Shown here: positions 1 through 7,606 of the stretch, piece after piece
How positions within the stretch are numbered: the stretch's first letter is position 1
How the letters are laid out: every line of letters starts with the position of its first letter
NCBI GenBank assembly: GCA_043767805.1
Contig: JAYUGC010000113.1
Coordinates: 1 to 61,972 of the forward strand
DNA from: Pseudomonadota bacterium
Lineage (GTDB): Bacteria > Bdellovibrionota > FAC87 > UBA2466
Length of the DNA: 61,972 bases
Direction: 5' to 3'
The notes under the pieces: model-generated
Database searches by the model: none
Seen by the model: the letters and a program-made list of their open reading frames with translations, nothing else
Told to the model about the DNA's origin: nothing
Position numbers and translations under genes: made by a program

Positions 1-1
1 C

Positions 2-874
2 GGGCTTGCGCTGTGGGTCCAGGGCTTGGTCTCGTTGCTTCTGATGGGGGCTGTCGTCGGGATTGCGATCGCCGGCTTCGGAGCGGTTTCCAATATCCTG
101 GTGCTCGAGAACACGCCCACCGAGTACAAGGCGCGGATGATGTGCTTTCTCCATTCCATGTATGGATGGGGATCGTTTCTGGGGCCGGCCGTGGTGGGTT
201 TGACCGTGGGGGAAGGGGCGCGCTGGCAGATGCCGTTTCTGCTGACACTGCCTTTGTCCGCGATGCTGCTTTTTGGGGCGGGTTGGCTAAGAGGCGATTT
301 GCACGAGCACGCGGCGGTCGCTCGCCGGCGTCTGGATTTTCAGCAGTGGCTCGCGGTCGCGATTGTTTCCTTATATGCGGGGGGCGAGGTCTTGATGGCC
401 ACCTGGATGGTGCCCTACCTCGTCGAGGCGAAGGGCATCTCGACCGCGGCGGCCGCGCCTTACGCTTCGTCGTTTTTCTTCTTGATGGGCGTGACCCGCC
501 TGGCTTGCGTCTTTTCCGTGAAACCGCGCCATGAGACGGCGGTTTTGTTCGGGTGCTTGGGGCTGGCCATGGCGGCCTTCGTGTTCGGGCGTTTGGGGCC
601 CGCCTGGGGCCTTCCGCTCGCGGGGGTTTTCGGGCCGTTTTTCCCCCTTTTCGTGGCCCGGGTGGGCAAAGCGTTTCCGGCCCAAACGCGCACGATTACC
701 CTGATGATCCTGGGCGTGATGGAGATCGCCCTTGGCGGGCTCCACCTTCTAGTGGGGCGGCTGACTGACGGAGTCGGGATTGGGACCGCTTACTGGTTGC
801 CCTTGGGGCTTCTTGCTTTTAGCTTGTTAGCGCTCCTCGTTTACATACCGAGGGAGAGGGCAGTACTCTCTTAA
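2..874 (+). CDS. MFS-type transporter (5'-truncated by window edge)
   Basis: Frame is open from position 2. Multiple hydrophobic helices and an MFS-like 'LHSMYGWGSFLGP' motif. Confidence 0.8.
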   Translation, partial: GLALWVQGLVSLLLMGAVVGIAIAGFGAVSNILVLENTPTEYKARMMCFLHSMYGWGSFLGPAVVGLTVGEGARWQMPFLLTLPLSAMLLFGAGWLRGDLHEHAAVARRRLDFQQWLAVAIVSLYAGGEVLMATWMVPYLVEAKGISTAAAAPYASSFFFLMGVTRLACVFSVKPRHETAVLFGCLGLAMAAFVFGRLGPAWGLPLAGVFGPFFPLFVARVGKAFPAQTRTITLMILGVMEIALGGLHLLVGRLTDGVGIGTAYWLPLGLLAFSLLALLVYIPRERAVLS

Positions 875-881
875 CCCGTGA

Positions 882-965
882 GCTCGCGTGGTGGAATCGG
901 TAGACACAAGGGACTTAAAATCCCTCGGTCGTAAGGCCGTGCCAGTTCAAGTCTGGCCGCGAGCA
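882..965 (+). tRNA. tRNA-Leu (anticodon TAA), CCA not encoded
   Basis: Acceptor stem GCTCGCG/CGCGAGC, D-arm GTGGAATCGGTAGACAC, anticodon arm AGGGA-CTTAAAA-TCCCT, long variable arm, T-loop GTTCAAGTC. Confidence 0.95.
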
Positions 966-989
966 CACTCTTCTCCCGCGAAGCCTTCC

Positions 990-1454
990 TCAAGGAAGGT
1001 TCGCTCTGAGCCCAATTTGCTTACAGGCCGCGAGAATCCGGTCCGCCTCGAAATATTCTGCCGCATACAAAGCCCGGAAATCCGATCCGCTTTGTGAAAC
1101 GAAGAGCTGATATTTCTCGCCGGCGTATTTTTTCAGCTCAATGAGACCGCAAGATGTTTGCTCGGTCCAAGCGGCATCCGTCGTAAGTCTTTGAGCCATG
1201 CGCACACCGTCCGTCCAATAGATGCGGTAAACGATTTGCCCCTGCGGATCGACGTAAAGCGGATGATAGAAAGACCACTCGTTCGCGCTGGCCCCCTGGA
1301 TTTTGTAGTAAACAAACCCATTCGCGGTTATCGGAAAGCCCTGGTTCTGACCGTCCTGCCAGTACTGATACTGCCCCTGCTGAACCGACTGCCAATCCGC
1401 GTGCGCGGAACCCGCACCTAAAAACACAACGAGAGCGACCCACAACTTCTGCAT
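990..1454 (-). CDS. Secreted hypothetical protein
   Basis: Signal peptide MQKLWVALVVFLGAGSAHA; AGGAG ribosome-binding site upstream; sigma54 motif upstream. Confidence 0.75.
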   Translation of the reverse strand: MQKLWVALVVFLGAGSAHADWQSVQQGQYQYWQDGQNQGFPITANGFVYYKIQGASANEWSFYHPLYVDPQGQIVYRIYWTDGVRMAQRLTTDAAWTEQTSCGLIELKKYAGEKYQLFVSQSGSDFRALYAAEYFEADRILAACKQIGLRANLP

Positions 1455-1509
1455 CTTGAGCTCCTTCAGCTACAACGCGAACGACTTGCCGCGATTTCAC
1501 GCGGTAGAT

Positions 1510-1525
1510 TGCAATCGCTTTGCCA
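1510..1525 (-). promoter_or_regulatory. sigma54 -24/-12 promoter
   Basis: TGGCAAAGCGATTGCA on the minus strand (GG-N10-GC), about 55 nt upstream of the 1454 start. Confidence 0.7.
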
Positions 1526-1691
1526 GATTTTTAGGCAGGGGCGCCGCGACTAGGCGGCAAACTTTTCCAAGAGAGCGGTGTCGTTTCGACTCCGCCCGGC
1601 AACACAACCTTCCTCGAGGATAGTTCGCACTGGATTTCGAACTTTCGTCCGTGCTACTGCCATGCCTTAAGGTTTTGTGGGAGGTCCTATC

Positions 1692-2351
1692 ATGACGAAA
1701 TTCAGTGTTCGCGCGGTAATCATTGCGGCTTTCTGTTTGGCCGGGGTGGCCCAGGCGGTAGTTCAAGACGGTTTCGATGCGGTTTATCGCAACTGTTTCG
1801 CCCAGCCGGTTAGCCGTTTTCAGACTATTTCCATCGTGGCTCCGGCCAAGTATCAAACCGCTTGGTTTGATTTCATCGGCGAAGCTGCCGACATCATTCC
1901 GATCGCCTCGAATGGAGTCGAGTACGTCATCGATGAAGGCAGGGCGTTCTTCGCGGCCGATTACCGTGGTTCCAACGCCCGCGGGCAAATGGAACTAATG
2001 GCGCGCTACATTCGCAGCCGCGCGGACCGCCTTCCCAACGACAAGAACAAAGAGTTCAGCAAGAGCTGCATGGTACTTTGCGCTTCCGCCAACTACCTCA
2101 CCTACAAGCACCGCGACGCCACGAAGTACGGCGGCATGAGCACGCTGATGAAGGAAAAAGAAGGCGAGTGCACGGAGTTCGCTCGCTTCGCCGACGATTT
2201 AGCCGGCCGAGTAGGGGTTTCGAGCCTCACCGTGAGCAATCTGAAAATGGGGCACGCCTACGTGGGCTTCTATATCCCCGCGACCAAGAAGTGGTACTAC
2301 GCCGAGCCGCAGTCCAGCGAGTGCCGGTTCATGGACACGACCCTCAAATAG
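1692..2351 (+). CDS. Secreted transglutaminase-like (Cys-protease fold) protein
   Basis: GGAGGT RBS then ATG at 1692; signal peptide; motifs GECTEFA, GHAY and WYYAEP match the transglutaminase-like C-H-D/E triad. Confidence 0.7.
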   Translation: MTKFSVRAVIIAAFCLAGVAQAVVQDGFDAVYRNCFAQPVSRFQTISIVAPAKYQTAWFDFIGEAADIIPIASNGVEYVIDEGRAFFAADYRGSNARGQMELMARYIRSRADRLPNDKNKEFSKSCMVLCASANYLTYKHRDATKYGGMSTLMKEKEGECTEFARFADDLAGRVGVSSLTVSNLKMGHAYVGFYIPATKKWYYAEPQSSECRFMDTTLK

Positions 2352-2430
2352 GCGCGATCTCTTAAGTTGCGAAGCGGGGCGCAACGCGTTATCAGGGCGA
2401 GTCTCTATTACTAACTTTAGGAGTTCACTC

Positions 2431-2718
2431 ATGTTGAAACTTTCCCTCGCGAGCTTAATGTTCTTTGGATTCAACCTTTTGGCGAATGAGCCGACGACCG
2501 CTCCCGCGGCCGCCACTGCCGCCACGGCGACCGCCCCGGCCAACGCCGCGGTCCCGGCCGTGCACACGGTCCACGAAGGTCACACCCACAAGCACGGCAA
2601 AAAATGCGGCCACAAAGCCGAAAAGCACGCCGATCACACGGACTATGAGCACGATGGTCACCACCACCACGCTCACGAAACCCACGTAGACGACTGCGTA
2701 GGCCCGGCCCACTCGTAA
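2431..2718 (+). CDS. Small secreted His-rich putative metal-binding protein
   Basis: AGGAG RBS; signal peptide, Ala/Thr linker, then HTHKHGKKCGH...HADHTDYEHDGHHHHAH. Confidence 0.75.
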   Translation: MLKLSLASLMFFGFNLLANEPTTAPAAATAATATAPANAAVPAVHTVHEGHTHKHGKKCGHKAEKHADHTDYEHDGHHHHAHETHVDDCVGPAHS

Positions 2719-2734
2719 TTCGTTTCAAAAGCTT

Positions 2735-2756
2735 CCCCGGCCCGCGAGGGCCGGGG
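2735..2756 (+). terminator. GC-rich hairpin, probable terminator or stabilising stem
   Basis: CCCCGGCCC-GCGA-GGGCCGGGG just after the stop; weak U-tract. Confidence 0.5.
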
Positions 2757-2771
2757 TAGGCTTCGTTTCGC

Positions 2772-3524
2772 ATGAGCTACGACAAGTGCTTCACGAAACA
2801 AGCCGCTGCCTACCGTAAGTTTCGCCCTACCTACCCGCAGAGCCTCTTCGATTTTCTAACCGCACAAAGTAAGCACCGCGATCTCGTCTGGGACGTTGGC
2901 ACCGGCAACGGGCAAGCCGCCCGCGCTCTCGTTAAAACCTTTTCGAAAGTCATCGCCACTGATGTGGCCGAAGCGCAGATCAAGGAGGCCGTGCCCGAAG
3001 CAAATATCACCTTCGTCGTCGCGCCCGCGGAGAAAGCGCCGCTCGACGACCGTTCCGCGGATTTAGTGACCGTCGCCCAAGCCATTCACTGGTTCGAGCT
3101 CGAGACTTTTTACCGAGAAGTCCGCCGGGTATTAAAACCTGGAGGGCTCGTCGCCGCTTGGTCCTACAATTTTTCTTCGCTCGAAGATAAAACGCTTCAC
3201 AAAATCATCGATGACTACGGCCGGATTTTTCTCGGGCCTTACTGGTCGAGCCGTCTAAAAGTCGTCCATGACGATTACCGCTCGCTTCCTTTCCCTTTCA
3301 CGCCGGTCGAGGCTCCGAGGCTCACGCTCTCCTTCGATTGGAGTTACGAGCAGCTCAAGGGTTACTTCGACAGCTGGTCCGTAACGCAAAGTTATAAAGA
3401 CGCGAATGGTGGCAAGGATCCGTTCGAGACCATCCGTGGGGACGTCAAAAAAGCCTGGGGCAACCTCGAACGGAAAGTGGCCGTCGTTTGGCCCATGACC
3501 CTCAAAGTCGGGCGCCTGGAATGA
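2772..3524 (+). CDS. Class I SAM-dependent methyltransferase
   Basis: Motifs VWDVGTGNGQ, DLVTVAQAIHWF and RVLKPGG. Confidence 0.9.
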   Translation: MSYDKCFTKQAAAYRKFRPTYPQSLFDFLTAQSKHRDLVWDVGTGNGQAARALVKTFSKVIATDVAEAQIKEAVPEANITFVVAPAEKAPLDDRSADLVTVAQAIHWFELETFYREVRRVLKPGGLVAAWSYNFSSLEDKTLHKIIDDYGRIFLGPYWSSRLKVVHDDYRSLPFPFTPVEAPRLTLSFDWSYEQLKGYFDSWSVTQSYKDANGGKDPFETIRGDVKKAWGNLERKVAVVWPMTLKVGRLE

Positions 3525-4387
3525 AAATACAGATCGCGATCTTTCTCATTATGCTGACACAAAATACAATAGCTTCCGTGACGCCCAGAGTGCCCGAGCG
3601 AAAGGATTTCTCGGTGATTCAGGCCCGTCTCGATAAGCTCGTGGGGTTCGAGCAAACGAAGCTCGGGCCCGTGACCTACGGCACCAAGCACTATCCGATC
3701 TATGCGCTCGTCTCCAAGGGGCCTCAGGGAAAGAGAAAGAACGTACTGCTCTCGGCGGGCGTGCATGGCGACGAGCCGGCGGGCGTGTTCTCGCTTTTGC
3801 AGTTTCTGGAGAGAGATGTCGCTCGCTACACGGATCGTTTTCGTTTTTTCGTATTGCCGTGTGTGAATCCGAGCGGCTTCGAAGCGGATTCTTTAGAGAA
3901 TCACGGCGGGAATAATATCAACCGCGCTTTCAAAAAAGAAACTCCCGCCCAGGAGGCGAAGCTCGTCATGGATCAGCTGGCGATGTGGAAGGAAACTTTC
4001 GCGTTCACGATCGACATGCACGAAATCCCCGCTTACTGGGCGGACGAAGGCTTTACGGAGAAAGATAATCCCAAGGCGGCCTACCTCTACGAGACTCAAC
4101 TCGAAAAAGGTAAACGCATCGGAAGAGACATGCTCAATGGGCTTCCCAAGGACGCCGAGATCAGTCATTGGCCGAAGATCTACGGCGACTCGGCCGTGCG
4201 GGGGCTGGTCAGCTATCCCGAGGGAAATGGAAACAAGATTTACGCCGAGCAAACCACGCTGGACGGTTTTCTCCATGGCCGGTTCTCCGCTCATACTTTT
4301 ACTAGCGAGACACCGACCGGCTGGCCGCTCGAAAAGCGGATCCGGGTGCAGCTCTCCTGGCTCGAAACGGCGCTCAAGCATTATTGA
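3521..4387 (+). CDS. M14-family metallocarboxypeptidase (succinylglutamate desuccinylase/MpaA-like), probably exported
   Basis: ATG at 3521 overlaps the upstream TGA (ATGA). Motifs AGVHGDE, NINR, DMHE and SETP; hydrophobic N-terminus. Confidence 0.85.
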   Translation: MKIQIAIFLIMLTQNTIASVTPRVPERKDFSVIQARLDKLVGFEQTKLGPVTYGTKHYPIYALVSKGPQGKRKNVLLSAGVHGDEPAGVFSLLQFLERDVARYTDRFRFFVLPCVNPSGFEADSLENHGGNNINRAFKKETPAQEAKLVMDQLAMWKETFAFTIDMHEIPAYWADEGFTEKDNPKAAYLYETQLEKGKRIGRDMLNGLPKDAEISHWPKIYGDSAVRGLVSYPEGNGNKIYAEQTTLDGFLHGRFSAHTFTSETPTGWPLEKRIRVQLSWLETALKHY

Positions 4388-5964
4388 GGGCGTTTCACCT
4401 GAGCGTAGTCCGCTCCGCAGAGTATTTCGCGAAGGGACGCGATGGAGCGGACTTGGGCGCTGGTAGCCGGATCTAAGCTCAAAAGGTGCGCCACTTTCCG
4501 CGTGACCGCCGCCTGCGCTTTTTCCGCCATTTTTTCGAGAATTTTTCGGCGGCGGACGGGGTCGGTTTCTTTCAGCTCTGCGGCGATGGCCTCGGCGGGC
4601 CGGTCCCAATCGAAATTTTTCTTGGCTTTGGGAGCTTCCGCCGGCGCCTTAGGCGTCATCTCCACTTGCCCCACCGCTCTTGGCTTCGCGAGCTCCTCGA
4701 CCGTGTGGGCGAGACTCGTTCCGTCGATGACGGATTGAAACACCAGGCCCGGTTGCTGCCTTCCTGGTTCTCCCAGCTTCTCCAAACGATCTAAAAACCG
4801 ATCGATTTTCACCGGGAGAGACGCGGTCTTTCGGTACTCTCGCAGAGCTTCACTCATCTCGGTCGCGAGCGAAGGGCTCATAAAGATGGGCCGCAAGCTC
4901 TCGGCAAGATCTCTGAAGTCGGCGTTTTTCATCGGCATGATGTGACCATCTATCCCCTGGAGCATCAGATGAAATAGGGAAGCGCCCTTCAATTTGGGAT
5001 TGGCGGCTTTGAGCTCTCGTTCCAATCCGTCGGCAAAATCTTTTTTCCATTCCAGCCGTTCGTAGAAGAAGGGTTTCTCGTACTCCACGGCGAGAGTAGC
5101 GGAGACGTCGCCGGTGACGAGGATGGGAATATCGGAGTGAGCCACCACAGTCTTGGAAACTTCAAAGGGCAGCGACTTGTAATACCGAATCTCCACGTTG
5201 TCGGGAACGTCGGCCGAAACGGGATGCTGAACGATTAAGAGAAATTTCTGATTGCGGTTCTTGGGATCGCGCGCCGCACTTACGGCGGCCTCCAGATAGG
5301 CGTCCGTGGCTTGTCGCTCATGAGAGTAGGCGAACCCAATCTTCACCCCTTCATAGTTGCCCTTGAGGTCACCAAAAACTTGTACCGGTAGCGAATCGAG
5401 CTTGTCGTGAAGGGCACTTCGGGTCATGGGGGGCGCTGGCTTTTTTTCGCTTACGTAGAGTCCAGCGTAGTACTTCCCCGCTCCGGCGTTGACGCCCAGA
5501 AACGTGGCGCCGCCTTTTTTGAAATTCGTTACCGATCCGGCCGCAAGTTGTTCTTCGAAGCCGCCGTACTCTTCGAACACCATGACCAAAGGGGCGCTCG
5601 CACTGAGCTTAACGCTTTTCGAATCGGTCGCGAAATGCAGGCCGATATCGGTCTTGGGAAGCTCGCTCTTACCTTCTAAGTGGTAAGTGATTCCATTTAC
5701 TGTTTTCACGCCGCCCAGGCCCACGAGCCCTGGCTCGAGAATGGCGACGGTACCGAGGGACTCCGCAGCGACCAAGACGTGCACTTCGGCGTGGGGCCGG
5801 CGCTCGAGAACTTTTTGAGCCATGAGGATGTTGGCGGCGACATCGCCGAAGCCTCCGCGAGAGGTGTCGCCCGTGTAGAGGCTGATTTTCTCCGCCCATA
5901 GGTCGCCGCCGGCCAACAAGGCCGCGAGTACCAGTACGCGAACGAACTGAGACTTAAATGGCAA
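4381..5964 (-). CDS. Secreted GT-B-fold protein, EarP(DUF2331)-like
   Basis: TTG start with a purine-rich RBS; signal peptide; GFGDVAANILMAQ and SDIPILVTGDVSATLAVEYEKPFFY resemble EarP-type motifs (compared from memory). Confidence 0.55.
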   Translation of the reverse strand: MPFKSQFVRVLVLAALLAGGDLWAEKISLYTGDTSRGGFGDVAANILMAQKVLERRPHAEVHVLVAAESLGTVAILEPGLVGLGGVKTVNGITYHLEGKSELPKTDIGLHFATDSKSVKLSASAPLVMVFEEYGGFEEQLAAGSVTNFKKGGATFLGVNAGAGKYYAGLYVSEKKPAPPMTRSALHDKLDSLPVQVFGDLKGNYEGVKIGFAYSHERQATDAYLEAAVSAARDPKNRNQKFLLIVQHPVSADVPDNVEIRYYKSLPFEVSKTVVAHSDIPILVTGDVSATLAVEYEKPFFYERLEWKKDFADGLERELKAANPKLKGASLFHLMLQGIDGHIMPMKNADFRDLAESLRPIFMSPSLATEMSEALREYRKTASLPVKIDRFLDRLEKLGEPGRQQPGLVFQSVIDGTSLAHTVEELAKPRAVGQVEMTPKAPAEAPKAKKNFDWDRPAEAIAAELKETDPVRRRKILEKMAEKAQAAVTRKVAHLLSLDPATSAQVRSIASLREILCGADYAQVKRPQ

Positions 5965-5988
5965 AGCTCTTCCCCCTCTCCTTGTCTT

Positions 5989-6004
5989 AGCAAGGGGTGA
6001 GCCA
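5989..6004 (-). promoter_or_regulatory. sigma54 -24/-12 promoter
   Basis: TGGCTCACCCCTTGCT on the minus strand, about 25 nt upstream of 5964. Confidence 0.65.
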
Positions 6005-6519
6005 CGCTATGGCGTCGGAACCACGCGCTTTTCCATTCCCCTTCTTGGCTAATCCCTGGACAGGGAGGAAAGGATCGCAGGCACTGCCGCTAATTCTCGT
6101 CGATTACTAGACGACCCACCAAAAGTTCGACGCGCACTTTCAGTCGTTACCCGATCGCTTTCGTGCGCACCGATCGCATACGGCGGAAGGCCGAAACCCG
6201 GCGACCGGCGAATCGTGCGGCGGTGCCGTTTTCGTCCAAGCTTTCGACCCGTGTTTCATCAATGACAGTTGGCTAACCCCTCAGAGAATGCGCCAGGCTT
6301 TTGGTCACGCTCTACTAGTGGACGGGTGGAGTCCCTGCGATATCCCTGTTATTTCAATGAGATAGGCCAGGAAATCCGCATTTGTCTACGCGCTATCCGG
6401 CTTAAGAGCCCGGAACTAAAGGCTTTAGCTCTTCCGGCCCTATTCGCTACGGTTTCTCAAGCTTCCTACCGACAAGGGAGTTGAGGGTCTCCCTACGGGG
6501 TTAGCGGATACCTATGAAA

Positions 6520-6532
6520 AATCAATAAGTTA
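6520..6532 (+). promoter_or_regulatory. IHF binding site
   Basis: AATCAATAAGTTA is an exact match to WATCAANNNNTTR, about 45 nt upstream of the sigma54 site at 6576. Confidence 0.6.
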
Positions 6533-6575
6533 CCAATATCGAGTTTTGAGGCTAGCGAGTCGGGGTTTTTACAGA

Positions 6576-6591
6576 TGGCACCTTGGTTGCA
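6576..6591 (+). promoter_or_regulatory. sigma54 -24/-12 promoter of the giant gene
   Basis: TGGCACCTTGGTTGCA, near-consensus. Confidence 0.75.
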
Positions 6592-6736
6592 CAAGTTAGA
6601 AAACGACTTCCCATCCACCGCCGAGCGTTCGCTGGCCCGGTCCTTCGGAGTTTTTTTGAAACGTACACACGCCAAATTCGTTACGTTCCTGTTCCCTGCC
6701 TTTGCGCGCAGAGTGAAGGCATCGGGGGATTATTCC

Positions 6737-7582
6737 ATGACACGTGTTTTGTGCGCGGTAGCGCTCGCGTTCTGTTTTACGGCGCTGAGCTATGCCGCGG
6801 ACCCGCCCGCGGCTGACGAGAAACACGATCAGGACGGCCGGGCCACTAATGAATTAAAAAAATCCATCGAGACGCGCGCGGCTTATCTCCGTGAAGCGCT
6901 AAACAGCGCGGACAGTAAAATTCGTCTCGCCGCGTTCGCCGAAATCCGTGGCTACATCGCTTCCGATTCCAGAGAGAAATTCTCGACGATAGAGGCCAAC
7001 AAGAAGTTGGTGGACCTTTATCTCGGCGCGGAACATTTTGAGTCTCACGGCACTTGGTACGCGGACGCTAAAGCGGACAAGAAAGATATCGAAGCGAAGT
7101 CGGCCGCTTTCTTAAAGGTCGTCAGCGACCATTTCGCCGCCAAGGAAAAAGCCGAACGCGAAAAGTTGGCTAAGGTCGAAGAGGACAAAGCGCGTAACGA
7201 TCGCGAACTTCCCTGCGGCGAAGCCATTGGCAAGCACCCGGAATTTGCCGCCCTGTTTGGCAGCCAAGGCCGCGACAGAGCTCCCGCTTATGTGGCGGCT
7301 TTGCTGTCGACTCCCGAAGGAGAGCAAAAGTTTTTTAGCGGCTTGAAAACCATGACCGCTGAGACCATGCGTAAGTGTGATCTCCCTGAGATGACCGCGA
7401 GCGCTACGCTCCGGACTCTTTTGAAAGAGCTTCCCAAATTCCTTCCCGCCAATGCTTCCGAAGCCGCGAAAAAAGAAGCCGCGGCGCTGGTAGGGTGGGG
7501 GACGTACGTACTTCCCATCAAGCAGCCCGCTCTTAGAAAAGCGCTAGCCAACCGGCTCGAGCTGATGGCGCGCCTCGTTTGA
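6737..7582 (+). CDS. Signal-peptide-bearing helical protein; probable N-terminal part of the giant gene
   Basis: GGGGGA RBS then ATG at 6737; MTRVLCAVALAFCFTALSYA signal peptide; ends at TGA 7580-7582, in frame with the next ORF. Confidence 0.75.
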   Translation: MTRVLCAVALAFCFTALSYAADPPAADEKHDQDGRATNELKKSIETRAAYLREALNSADSKIRLAAFAEIRGYIASDSREKFSTIEANKKLVDLYLGAEHFESHGTWYADAKADKKDIEAKSAAFLKVVSDHFAAKEKAEREKLAKVEEDKARNDRELPCGEAIGKHPEFAALFGSQGRDRAPAYVAALLSTPEGEQKFFSGLKTMTAETMRKCDLPEMTASATLRTLLKELPKFLPANASEAAKKEAAALVGWGTYVLPIKQPALRKALANRLELMARLV

Positions 7583-7606
7583 GCGACGGCGAGCCAAGGC
7601 GCGGTC

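Noticed and set aside
882..965. tRNA-Leu as a prophage or island attachment site
   Set aside because: No integrase and no duplicated tRNA 3' end were found in the window.
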